Of a DNA stretch of 64,000 nucleotides, positions 39,136 to 51,786 are shown piece after piece. The notes below the pieces were generated by a model that searched no databases, was not told the origin of the DNA, and was given only the letters and a program-made list of their open reading frames with translations. Numbering within the stretch: position 1 is the first letter of the stretch; every line of letters starts with the position of its first letter. Source of the DNA: Eledone cirrhosa (lineage: Eukaryota); contig OZ024742.1 of assembly GCA_964016885.1 (NCBI GenBank), positions 283,154,001 through 283,218,000 on the forward strand. Direction: 5' to 3'. The position numbers and the translations under genes were made by a program.

Positions 39136-41317
39136 TCCCAATGCGAATACTTTACAGATTGTACCGAGAGCATAGTTGAAATGTTCCTGAGTTCAGTTTT
39201 GTCTTTCAGCTTTCTGGAGTCAGTGAATAAAGTACAAGTGCGTAACTGGTGGAATAATTAGGGCCTTAGATGAGATACATTGGAGTATTTGCTATGAGTC
39301 TTTATGTTCTGAGTTCACACCCAACCAGGGCCTGATCAAGTCATTTTGAGGCCCTACGCACTTTTATGATGCTCTACCCCATTATATAATGTCTGCAAAA
39401 ATAAATGTTTTTGGAATGACAAATATATATTTTAATAAAATAGTACCCCTCTTCATTTTGCTTAATGGTTAATCGAACCGTGGCCTACTTGGTTGATTGA
39501 CTTAATCCGTCGTCACTCAGTTTAACACTGCCAACTGATCATTGTATGCCTTTTGTAAAATCCACATTGCTGTAAGTTTTCAGACCAGGAATCTCATTTA
39601 AAAGTACCATTACTCCTTCCCACCAGTTTCAAAAGCTTTTGAAATCGGTCATGAGTGCTGATCTTCCCTCTTGACCGCTTGATTAACTGTTAAAGTCCTG
39701 TACCACAGGAAATTACGTTAGCAAGACATTCTTGAAAAGTATAAAACAGTACTATGACTAGATCACATTAAAAATCGAAATTTTTACTCTAATCTATATT
39801 TAAATTTGAGCGACTTCCGTCTGTCTGTCACACAATGTGTGTTTGTATGAATGTATGAAGGAAGAAGATGGTGAAAAAACTATAGCAAAACAGTGGTTGG
39901 CGTTCCATTTTCTACGCTGTGTGTGAGTGCGTGTGTGTTTGTGTAAATGTATGTGTGTGTGTTTGTGTGAATGTATGTATATTTGTGTGAATGTATGTCT
40001 GTTAGTGTGTATTTTTGTAACTGTGTCTGTGTTTGCGCGTTTATATTTATATACTCATACATATAATGGTATGCACATACACACACACAAAATTGCTATT
40101 TTTTTTTTATTTCATGTGGTGACATACAGACGCATGTTGAAAAAAACGTTAGTTTTTGAAAAGTGCAAAACAGTACTAGATCACATTAAAAATCGAGTCT
40201 TTTACTCTAGTATAATAAATTTTCACAATGATCTGTTCTCTCGATAGGTATAATAAGCATGGGAATTAACAAATCCGTTTGTTAAGAATTAAGAAGAAAA
40301 AAGTACCGAAATAGGAAAGGAAGCTTTACTGAAAATCTAGATGGTAACTTGATAGATATGAACGCATATATTTTTTCCTCGGAAGGAACACTTGCTAAGT
40401 GTTATGTGTAAATAATTGAGAATTACAAGAACATTTTTTTTAATAAATAAAAACCACAAAAATCATAAGAATTGATATTTTGTTCTGTTTTATTGATCAA
40501 ATTATCAAAATCATAACAAATTTGAAATGTCTGTGGAAACTTGATTTAGGAAGTAAAATCAAATTTCGCTGATATTTTCTTGAATTAAACTGAAAAAAGA
40601 ATTAAATAAAAATTGAAAATTTTACACAATGTATAAATTGAAAAATATATACATATTCACAGTCAATTTTTTTTTATTTGTTCGCTATCTTTCTGTATTG
40701 TTAAGAAACTCACACACACACGTTAAAGATGCCATTTAAACTTCTATATATATCATACCAGTACAGATAAGGACATATATAATACAAACTAAGACACGCA
40801 CAAACACCCACTCACCACTGCAAAATTAAACTATTGTTCACAGTTGAGTAAGCCAAATGGCTACCATATCTGTCTGACAAGATGTCTTGAGCGCCAAATA
40901 ACAAGATGGAATATAATTGTTAATAATTTTCTCTATAAGAAAGAAATTCACTGACAAACATTCAACATATAGTAAACTTGAACTGCACATATTCATTTTA
41001 TATGGACAAGACACATTAGCCATTGCACCAAGAGGAAACAAGTCACAACACAATCCTCACAATTAAGATAAGCATACAATGTAAAAGTTAAGATGGCTGC
41101 CGCCTCAGTGTATCTCCGCCTTAGCAAATTGATGTATTTAAAGAAAATATATTCCGAATATTATTTACAATGTATTTGTGTGTGCGCGTGTGTGTTATAT
41201 ATACATATATATGTATATATATATATATACATACATACATATATGTATATATATATATATCCATATATATATATATATATATATATACATACATACATAT
41301 ATGTATATATATATATA

Positions 41318-41362
<45 letters not shown>

Positions 41363-41829
41363 GGGGGTGTATACAGGCTGTCATAAACTACAGTTAGTTT
41401 ACTCTCTAGTGTTACTTCGAATAACTGTAGGTTGTAAACACATACACACTACAGTGTTTTACATCGATATATCAAAGTATGTAAAGAGGGAAACAGCAAC
41501 AGAATATACATATGTATTTATGTGTATAGAGGTGTATGTATGCGCATAAGCGTTTTGAATGAATATATGCATGCGTGAGTAGCTTTATGTCAATATATGT
41601 TGAAGAATATGGATATATCAATATGTATGCTTAACAGTATGTAATATATATATATATATTTTATCAATATGCTAATATATATATGTGTGTGTGTGTGTAT
41701 ATATATATGTGTGGGTGTGTGTGTGTATCTATCTATGTATATATATATATGTATGTATGTATATATATATATGTGTGTGTGTGTTTGTATGTATATGTAT
41801 GCATACATATATGTCTATGTATGTATATG

Positions 41830-41870
<41 letters not shown>

Positions 41871-42359
41871 ACGTAAACATTCATAAATGCCATAAGAAAT
41901 TTAGTGTCCACATGCATTTGTATACATATACATGTATATGTTGTGTGTGCAACATATTCATGTAAAGACACACACGGGGGGGGGGGGGGAGTTTGTGTCT
42001 GAGGAGGTAAATATTTTGCTACGAAGAAAAACATCTTCCTCGCCACCAGCAACTCTATCTATCGTCTGCGTAACTGTATGTCTGTTCGTTCGTCTGTGTA
42101 AGAAACAGACCAATTAATACTGGGTTCAATCTCATTAAGAACGATATCTAAGGGCGTTATAATTTATTTTTTATTTATATTTATTTATGTATGTATGTAT
42201 GTTTTATTTTTTATGGACGATGTCTATTTATTACATGTTTTTCTCTGGGAGTGTTGTTGTGCGGAGAAAATGGAGATTTTAGCCAAATGGATATATATGT
42301 ATGTATATTTTTGTATGTGTGCGTTTGTATGATTTTTTTGTGTGTATGTGTGTTAGTGT

Positions 42360-42546
42360 TTATATATATATGTGTTAGTGTTTATGTATATATGTGTGTG
42401 TGTATGAATGTATATATGTATGTATATATATGTATGTGTATATGTATGTATGTATATATATGTATGTATATATGTATATATATATGTATGTATATATATA
42501 TATGTATGTATATATATATATATGTATGTATCTATATAAGTATGTA

Positions 42547-42582
<36 letters not shown>

Positions 42583-42698
42583 TGTATATATGTATGTATG
42601 TATATATGTATATATATATGTGTATATATATATGCATATATATATATGTATATGTATATATATGTATGTATATATGTATATATATGTATGTGTATATG

Positions 42699-42750
<52 letters not shown>

Positions 42751-42942
42751 TATATATGTATATATGTATGTATGTATATGTATATATATGTATATGTAAA
42801 TATATGTATGTATATATGTATATATATATGTATATATATATGTATATATATATGTATATATATATATATATATGTATGTATATATGTATGTGTGTATATA
42901 TATATATATGTATATATATATGTATGTATATATGTATGTGTG

Positions 42943-42975
<33 letters not shown>

Positions 42976-42996
42976 GTTTATATATATGTATATATA

Positions 42997-43083
<87 letters not shown>

Positions 43084-43350
43084 GTATATATTTATGTATA
43101 TATATATATATATATATGTATATATTTATGTATGTATGTATATATTTATGTATGTATATATATATATGTATATATGTATGTATATATATATGTATGTGTA
43201 TATATATGTATATATATGTATGTGTATATATATGTATGTATGTATATGTATGTAATATGTATGTATGTATATGTATAGGTATGTATATATTTGTATATAT
43301 GTGTGTGTGTATAAGTGTGTATATATTTGTATATATATATGTGTGTGTGT
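42360..43350. repeat. Giant (TA)/(TATG) compound microsatellite
   Basis: Direct inspection. Confidence 0.95.
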
Positions 43351-43849
43351 TTTCATGTTGGTTTGTTGACTTGTCTGTCTGTTTGGTGCTAAAAAGGAAA
43401 CCACTGCGGTTTATATCAATATGGATATCGTATATGATATATATGTTATGATATAGCATAGAAATAAGTGTTTGCTGGAAGATTGAGATCTTGTCTGATG
43501 TATGTTATACCTCTTGATGTATGTTTCTCCTCTCTCTCTCCCCACCTCTCTCTCTCTCTCTCTCTTTCTCTTTATATATATATATATATATATATACTTA
43601 GTATATTTTGTGTTGGTTAATCAACTGGCACTAGTGTATGCTAGATAGAGCACTCGACGAAGTGTATATGTAGGTCTGTGTACTCCGGAGTATAGGTATA
43701 ATAATGAAGTAGAAGTCAATGGATTAGAATTTACCTCATTTATTTGTTACACAATCGCGACATATTACTGAATGGAAACTGCATGGGTAATTTTTATCTT
43801 TATTTTGTTCATGTCATCTTATTTTTATCCATGTAACTTTCTGTTCACG

Positions 43850-43918
43850 TAATAGCTGCCTGGTGAGTCCGCAGCTGTTACATAACAGTTACCATCGAAA
43901 TACGAATAACAGCGATTA
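43850..43918 (+). ncRNA. Degenerate type I hammerhead motif
   Basis: TAATAGCTGC-CTGGTGA-stem II (AGCTGTTA/TAACAGTT)-GAAA-TACGAA-TA-ACAGCGATTA. Confidence 0.55.
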
Positions 43919-44649
43919 AGTAACAAATATATCATTTTATGTTCGTTTTCCATGTTGGTGTGAGTTGAACAATTTCTCACGGACCAAGTCAGTTCTGAAA
44001 TAGAGATACTGTCTTTCTATGTGTGTGAAATTCCACCTCTTGTTCAGAACCTTTTTTTTTTTTTTTTTTTTTTTTTGCATAGTTTCTATGGCTGGAAGCC
44101 CCTGATACTAATCACACTACAGATTATACTTGGTACATTTTACCATGGCACCACCAGCACTAGTGAGTTTGTCATTTCCTTGACATGACTAAAGAATCCT
44201 CTTTAGCTTTTTGGTGTGGTTTCTACAGGTGGATACGCTTTATAACGCCACCTACTCTATTGGGTGTAATTTTTCGTGACACCAGCACAAGAGAGTTTGT
44301 AATGTCTTTGACTAGGCGGAAAGAGTCTTCTCAACACTTTGAATGCTCTTCCTAACGCCAACCATAGAAATAAAGCAATGACTAGTAATGATATCACCAT
44401 TATTTTTATGCCCGCTTTTCCATACTTACATAGGTTTTCTCCAGTACAACATCTCTCCATGTTTCTTTCCTTTACCATTCCCTTTGGTAGAGTTTCTTGA
44501 GATCAGCTTTCACCACCTCTGGCCACATCGTTTCTTGGTCATCCTTCCATTTGGAACTCCTGGCACTTCCTCACCTCACCCAGCAGTCATCATATCTAAT
44601 GATCCTATTTATTTACCATCTTGAACAGCGATTTTTATCAGTACAGTTG

Positions 44650-44835
44650 ATAGGGTGGTAGATTGACAAAATCGTTAGGGCGTCGAATACTGAGTTCAAA
44701 TTTCGCTGAGGACAACTTTGCCATTCATCCTTCTGGGGTCGATAAAATATATTACCTGTTAAGTACTGGAGTCGATATAATCGACTGTTTTCCTTCCTCC
44801 AAATTGCTGGCCTTGTTCCAGTGTTAGAAAAAATT
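44650..44835 (+). mobile_element. SINE family A
   Basis: Family motifs. Confidence 0.8.
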
Positions 44836-45662
44836 ATTAATGTAGTTGATGTATGGACATTTTATTGAGATAGCAATGATTTTTGTTGATTGATGTTATT
44901 AGTCATTGAACAGGATTATTACAATGTAATATACTATATGTGGTGGTGAAAACATATTACTACAAATACTAGTTTAAAATGATAATTATGGTTCGTGCTA
45001 TAAACATCAAATGAATAGCTAAATTATCCACTATGAAAACATAATTAGTTTAACTGTAAAGTAGAGATTCTTTTCATCATCATCATCGCCATCGTCGTCG
45101 TTTTTATATTCACTTTTCCATACTATTATGCGTTGGATGAGACTATTTTTGAAGCAGCACTCTATGACCAAATGTCCATCCTGGTGCCAACCCTTACTTA
45201 TTTTTAAATATGGTACTTATTACATTGATCTACATCTGTCAATTCGCTAAGCTATGTGACATAATGTTTATGAAGGACATAAAACAAATGTCGCCAGTTA
45301 TTTGAGCGGTGCCAACGTGAAGACATGTGAGCTTCTGCATAGTTTCCGTCTAGCAAATTTCACTCAGAACGTATTGATCACCCCAAAGCTATAATAGAAG
45401 ACATCTGCCGAAGGTTGTTACACAGTGGGATCGAATTCGAAGCTATATGGTTACGAAGCAAACTTAACCATTTCAGCCATGTTTGCACCCTTCCCCCTCC
45501 CCCCCCATCTATAAGTGTTTGTTACCCGATTTTATAAGCTATTTTTTTATAGCAATCCATCGAGTTTGCAGTTATTTCTTTCGTTCGAGATTTCCACATT
45601 TTCTAAGAATATATATAAACTACAAAATGGCTGACTGAATACGAACGTGTATTTCTAACTCT

Positions 45663-45700
45663 GTCTTCTTGTGAAGGACTAGGATCCGAAACGTTAAGAC
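45663..45700 (+). ncRNA. Degenerate minimal hammerhead motif
   Basis: GTCTT-CTTGTGA-AGGACTAGGATCC-GAAACGTT-AAGAC; core altered from CTGATGA. Confidence 0.4.
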
Positions 45701-45807
45701 CCTCTTCCTGCTATTTCAAGCGTTAAACTAATATATTTCTTCAATGTACTGTGTAGTTTGCATTGTTATTTCTGTTTACCTTTTACACACACTCGCGCGC
45801 GCGCGCA

Positions 45808-46147
45808 AAGGCGCATAGCTTAGTGGTTAGAGCATTGGGCAATCGGAAGGTTGTGAGTTCGATTCTCGGATGCGTTGTGTTCTTTAGCAAGACACTTTAT
45901 TTCGCGTTGCTCCAGTTTACTCAGCTGTTGAAATGAGTTGCGACGTCACTGGTGCCAAGTTGTATTGCCTTTCCCTTGGACAACATCAGTGGCGTGGAAA
46001 GGGAGGGCTGGTATGCATGTGCAATTGCTGGTCTTCCACAAACAACCTTGTCCGGACTTGTGCCTCGGTGGGGGGGGGGGGGGGGGGGGGGTACTTTCTA
46101 TGGGCAAATTCCATGGTCATTTGCAACCGAAGGGGTTCTTTACCTTA
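45808..46147 (+). mobile_element. tRNA-headed SINE, B-type head with another tail
   Basis: TAGCTTAGTGG A box, GAGTTCGATTC B box, GCAAGACACTTTATTTC. Confidence 0.85.
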
Positions 46148-46170
46148 TACATATATATAATAGAAATAAC

Positions 46171-46350
46171 TTCTGCCGGACTAGAACTGTTTCATTCATA
46201 TGAAATCATCAGAAATTTCATATGAAACAGTTCTAGTCCTATAAAATACCATTGCTATATGAATTAAATATGCTTCTTCTCTAATAACGTATTGAGTACC
46301 TTATTTAACTGATTTTTTTAACCCCAAAGGTGATAGAAGATAGTCAATAT
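46171..46350. mobile_element. Penelope-like fragment: hammerhead core within a fold-back hairpin (46178-46239)
   Basis: Minus strand CTGATGA-TTTCATATGAAT-GAAAC-AGTTCTA-GTC; arms GGACTAGAACTGTTTCA/TGAAACAGTTCTAGTCC. Confidence 0.6.
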
Positions 46351-47001
46351 TTATATATAATAGTAATGGTGTTGAGTAGTTAGATATGTAGGTAGAAAAG
46401 AGGGCCAGAAGGAAACGCGCAACACGTGAAGTAAAATGAGAGGGACAGAGAGAGAGAAGCATGCAACATTTTAAAAAAACAGAGGGGGGGGGGTAGAGAG
46501 GCAGAGAGAAAAAGGGGCCAACTTCTTCCCTTCACTCTTTTCTTATCCTCATATGTGGAATGACTCAACATTTGTGTGTGGGATTTGATCCCTGGATAAT
46601 CTACAGAACTGGGAGGATGAAGCAGAGAGGGGGAGATAATCCAGAAATTATTGCCTGTTTGTATGAAGTGTGGTTGGGGGTGGGGCAGGGAATAATCCTC
46701 GTGAAAACGCATTCGTGTGTAGACAAACGCATACTAACTTATACGCGTGCATATATATACACACACGTTTATGATCCAAGTAAAAATAATCTACACTCTC
46801 ACACAATCAACTTTGAGTAGCGGGTGTGTGTGTGTGTGTAAATGTATATCTATGTCTCTCTATATATATATGTTGTGTGTTTATATGTATGTGTGTGTGT
46901 GTGCACGTATATTTTCATACAAATGTTATCTATACTGTTGTAAATAACATAATCCTTAAACGTGCACATAATTGTGCGTGTATGTACACACTCACGTACA
47001 C

Positions 47002-47044
<43 letters not shown>

Positions 47045-47375
47045 ATACATATATATATATATGTGTGTGTGTATATAGATATATAGATATATATATATAT
47101 ATGTATATAGATATATATATATATATGCATATATTTATATATATATGTGTGTGTGTGTGTGTATGCATATATATGAATATATATTTATGTATACATATAA
47201 ATATGCACACCTACTATATTAGTGTGTATATAGATTGTTGTATTAAAATAATCTATGTATTAAAATAATCTATATAAATCTACACACGCTGTATTAATTA
47301 TTAATGTGTATCTGTATGCGAGTAGAATTATCCATGCACACATAATTGTACATACATGGATTGGATAAAAACAAA

Positions 47376-47466
<91 letters not shown>

Positions 47467-48065
47467 ATATCGTATATGTGTGTTGTATTTAAATAATCTG
47501 TATTACTGTGTATGCATGTAGGTATGTATGTGTAAAATTATCCGTGCACATATAACTGCGTATGAGTGTATTATATTCAAATAATATACATGTGTGCGGT
47601 GTATATACATGTGTGTTGTATTTGAATAATACTGTGCTTGTGTGTATTAATGTATAAATATATCTATGTTTGTGTATGCCCGTGTATTTATAAAATGATC
47701 CATGAATTGGTATGTATGCTTGAAAAACTGCAATCGCACTTATGACGGGATTGGATCTAACACACACACATACACACATACATACATGCATACACACATA
47801 CACACACACACATATATGCATACACACATGCACACATGCATACACACATACACAATACATACATACATACATACATACATACATACATACATACATACAT
47901 ACATACATACATACATACATGCATACATATATAGAGGGGGGGGGGTAGATAATGTTAGTGTAAGAATTGGATTAATTTAATGATAAAAGAGTTTTATTGT
48001 ATTTTAAAACTTCCTTGCGTGTTTTATCTGTGTGTATGTCAATGAATGTGCCAATATGTGTGTGG

Positions 48066-48066
<1 letters not shown>

Positions 48067-48131
<65 letters not shown>
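48067..48131. repeat. (GATA)n microsatellite at the LINE 3' junction
   Basis: Direct inspection. Confidence 0.95.
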
Positions 48132-48438
48132 TATTTCTTTATTTACCATAAAGGCATAAAAAGAAGGGACAAATACAAAGGGGGAGTTTACATAAAATCG
48201 AGTAAAAAGGGTATAAAATGGAAATAATCGAAAATAACCTCAAAAGGGAGGGGACGTGATGGGGGTTGCACACACCCCCGAAAAAGTGTGCAATCCTTTG
48301 CCCGGGGAGCACATGGAGAAGGTGCTCCCCTCTCCTTCACTTCTTTACCTACAAGATGGTATACAGAGAAGGCCCATTTACACGAGCCATTCTCGCCACT
48401 ATCACCCACCTTTCATAAAACTGCCTGTGGCCAAGCAC

Positions 48439-51400
48439 CTATCTCTCCTTTCTTATCTTTCTTCCGAAGTGATATCGGAAGAAGTAGACCAGACTATGGC
48501 CAGAGAGGAAGTTGCCTGACCTCAGACCTTTCAATCGTGTCCACCAAACAACCTCTTTCAACATGGCTATTACGCACAGAAAAACCGCCTTTGCTTCCTT
48601 TGTGAAGAGGGGAGGCGGCTTGATTGTCATCACGGACTCGGCGGTCAATCGAATCGGCGCCACCCGCGACAGCAGTCGTTCGGCGTAGCCCCACAGATCA
48701 ACCACGCCCGGACATTGCACCAATGCGTGTGCAATGGTTTCTTCGTGACACACGCATCTAGGGCAAATCTTTTTCGAGGGATCCCTGCCCGGGCGCCCGT
48801 GTCTGTAGAGCCTCTCTCGAACGGGTAGAGCCCCCCGGTAGCACTGCCAGGCTAGTGACTTCTGGAAGTTGTCCATTGGTCCCGGGCCGAAAGTCCTACC
48901 GAACAGGCTGGCCAGTTCGTCCTCTTCCATGTCCAGCGACTCTCCAAAGGTGTCATCGCCCCTGCTAACCACCAGCCCTCTATAGAATGATGAGGTGGAT
49001 TCTCCACCGATGGCCTGGCCCGCTTGCCAGAGAGCCCTGAGCGCCTGGGCACACTCAGTGTGCCAGTCTCCCAGTTTTCCGGATCTTTGCTTGACCCAGG
49101 ACTGCAGCTCGGTGAGCGAGACGAGTCTCGGAAAGGCTCGTTTCACGAACGGAGCCCACACCGGTTGACCAGTGAGGAATACCTGTAGGTGCCGTAGCCT
49201 TAATGCGTGCCTACGCATCATCAACCACGGCATCCCCAGCCCTCCTTTCGAAGGTTGTTGGCAGCAGATGGATCTTCTCACCATAGGAGGGCGTTTCTTC
49301 CAAAGAAATTGGAAGAGCATGCGTTCCATGGTGGTGAGTGTTTCCTTAGGGCAAGGCACGACAGTCAGGCGGTAGTAAGTGACGGACACTATGTAAATGT
49401 TCGCCACCTCCGCCCGACCTTTTAGGGACAGCTTACACTTGGCCCATTTCTGGGTTAGTGCAAACACCTTGTTCGTAACCTCGTCCCAGTTCTTTTCCAC
49501 CTGGAGGTCCGGTCCAAACCAGACCCCAAGCAACTTCACCGGGCCCTCCGTCCAGTGTCCGACGACACCGTCGGGAGGCATCGGTCTGCCTCTCCACGTT
49601 CCGAGTTGCAGCCCGATGGATTTTTCCCGGTTCAGTTTCGCTCCTGACAACCTTTCGTAATCCTCCAGTAAGGTACCGATCGCCTCGATCTCCGAGTCGG
49701 TCGATACCATTACTGTTACGTCATCGGCGTAGGCCGACACCGCTTTGCTCAATCCTGGTTCCAGGGGGATACCCTGCAATAACTCCAACTTCCCCAGTAA
49801 AGGCTCGAGAGTCAATACGTACAGAAGGGAGGAGAGAGGGCACCCCTGTCGAATGGATCGTGTGATTTCGAACGGCTTCGAAAGGTAGCCGTTCACCTTG
49901 ATCCTAGAACAGATGTGGTTGCTATGTAGGGCAGTGATCCAGCCTCTGAAAACAGGACCGAACCCAGCCGCCGCTAGCACCGCATCCAGGTAACCATGGT
50001 CGACCCTATCGAAGGCCTTAGACTGATCCAAGTTGATCAGGGCCCCACCGAAGCCGGGTTTGTAGCCAACCCTCTCTATGATGTATCGCATGAGGTGGAG
50101 GTTATCGTGAATGGACCTGGATGGGATAGCACATGTCTGCGCATCTCCCACCAGGCCACCCACGACAAGCGCCAACCTCTTTGCTAACACCTTGGCCAAA
50201 ATCTTTAACTCTGTGTTTAGCAGGGTTATGGGCCGAAAATTATTTATACTATCCCCCTTGTTCTCGTCCTTCCTCACCAGCGAGACTACGCCCTTGGCTA
50301 CAGAACAAGGAATTCTCCCGTTCTGCTGCCAATTGCAGTAGACCGCTTCGAGGAGTTCGGAGAAGAAGACCGGCATTGCTAAATAAAGTTCGTAAGGTAT
50401 ACCATCGAGACCTGGAGATTTGCGTCTGCTGCATTGGCTCAGCGCATCCCCGATCTCATCAGCCGAGATTGGTCCCTCGCAGGACTCTGCCTCTTCGCTC
50501 GAGAGACGCGGCAGGCCGTCGAGGTATGGACCGAAATCCACGTCCCCGCCCGGACCCTCGCCTCCCCCGAATAATCGGGCAAAGTGCCTTTGAAAGGCCT
50601 CGCACATCTGCTTAGGCTCCCGGATCACCCGTCCATCCTCGTCTTGCAAAGACCGGATGGTGGATCGATTTCCACTCTTAGCTTCTGTCACGCGGGCCCA
50701 GCCAACGGCTTTGGCCCCCTCATTACCTAGAGCACGTATTTTACTTCGAATGACGCAGCCTTCGTGCTTTGCATCGAAAAACTGGTTCAAGGCCGTCCTC
50801 GATGCCAGCACTCTGGCCACATCTTCGCTCTTGATTGCCTCTTCTAATTTACCTGTTAATTCTTTCTCGTTTCTATTCCTATCGGCAGCTAACATCTTGC
50901 TATAACTTATTGATTCTGTTCTAATCTCTCTTTTGAGAGATGCCCACCATCGGTTGTTGACGATTGCACCCGTCAACCTCTCCTTAACTAATCTGCTAAT
51001 CCGGTTTCTGTTAGTCTTTTTTGCCGGTAAAGACAAATTAAGTTTCCAGTAACCGGGACCCTGTTTATGTGTTTTCTCGAGATTGACTACGCAGGTCACT
51101 AATTTGTGATCCGTATAGCCAACCGTGAGCATTTCTGGACAGCTTAATATGTCCCTATCCTTGCTTCTAACTAAGAATCTATCTAAGTACGATCTAGATT
51201 GACCACTGTGGTTCGTCCAAGTCCAGGTTGGCACAGTTGGAAAATCTAGTCGATATCTATCGACCAAGTTAAAACGGTCGAGTAACCCCTTGTGGCTGTT
51301 ACACCCCCCTCTATTAGGACATGCTCCTGCATAGTCCCAACGTGCATCTAGGATGTCATTCCAATCGCCCGCTAGAAGCAGGGAACGCGACGTTCCCAGA

Positions 51401-51786
51401 AAAGTCTCCAAACGCTGGAAGAAGTCGGGCCGTTCAGCTCCGAAAGGGGAGTAGACGGCGACCAGTCTCAAGGCCGCACCTTCACTACTGCCAACGTCTA
51501 GCACCAACAAACGACCCTCCGGGTCCGAGTGAACAACCTGTACGGCGAGACCCAGGTCTTTTTCCAGCAGTACGACAACCCCACCCCCACCTCCAGGTTG
51601 ACAGAGAGATGCATGCACCTCAAAGTCATCGAAGGTAGGGGCCAGCTGCCGCACGACGCTGATCCGAGTCTCACAGATAACCATTACATTTATACCACGT
51701 GACCTGAGGTCATTTAGAAGCTTTGCTTGCTTCCAAGTTGAGCCCAGGCCACATGCATTCAAACATCCTACTCTTAACACATCCAT
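48439..51786 (-). CDS. LINE ORF2: AP endonuclease + reverse transcriptase + C-terminal CCHC finger
   Basis: LNACGL, CET, AGDWN, LDRFL, TDH; KSPGLDG, RPITLLN, DQSKAFDRVDH, RQGCPLS, YADD; CPRC..ETIAHALVQC. Confidence 0.95.
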   Translation of the reverse strand: MDVLRVGCLNACGLGSTWKQAKLLNDLRSRGINVMVICETRISVVRQLAPTFDDFEVHASLCQPGGGGGVVVLLEKDLGLAVQVVHSDPEGRLLVLDVGSSEGAALRLVAVYSPFGAERPDFFQRLETFLGTSRSLLLAGDWNDILDARWDYAGACPNRGGCNSHKGLLDRFNLVDRYRLDFPTVPTWTWTNHSGQSRSYLDRFLVRSKDRDILSCPEMLTVGYTDHKLVTCVVNLEKTHKQGPGYWKLNLSLPAKKTNRNRISRLVKERLTGAIVNNRWWASLKREIRTESISYSKMLAADRNRNEKELTGKLEEAIKSEDVARVLASRTALNQFFDAKHEGCVIRSKIRALGNEGAKAVGWARVTEAKSGNRSTIRSLQDEDGRVIREPKQMCEAFQRHFARLFGGGEGPGGDVDFGPYLDGLPRLSSEEAESCEGPISADEIGDALSQCSRRKSPGLDGIPYELYLAMPVFFSELLEAVYCNWQQNGRIPCSVAKGVVSLVRKDENKGDSINNFRPITLLNTELKILAKVLAKRLALVVGGLVGDAQTCAIPSRSIHDNLHLMRYIIERVGYKPGFGGALINLDQSKAFDRVDHGYLDAVLAAAGFGPVFRGWITALHSNHICSRIKVNGYLSKPFEITRSIRQGCPLSSLLYVLTLEPLLGKLELLQGIPLEPGLSKAVSAYADDVTVMVSTDSEIEAIGTLLEDYERLSGAKLNREKSIGLQLGTWRGRPMPPDGVVGHWTEGPVKLLGVWFGPDLQVEKNWDEVTNKVFALTQKWAKCKLSLKGRAEVANIYIVSVTYYRLTVVPCPKETLTTMERMLFQFLWKKRPPMVRRSICCQQPSKGGLGMPWLMMRRHALRLRHLQVFLTGQPVWAPFVKRAFPRLVSLTELQSWVKQRSGKLGDWHTECAQALRALWQAGQAIGGESTSSFYRGLVVSRGDDTFGESLDMEEDELASLFGRTFGPGPMDNFQKSLAWQCYRGALPVRERLYRHGRPGRDPSKKICPRCVCHEETIAHALVQCPGVVDLWGYAERLLSRVAPIRLTAESVMTIKPPPLFTKEAKAVFLCVIAMLKEVVWWTRLKGLRSGNFLSGHSLVYFFRYHFGRKIRKER

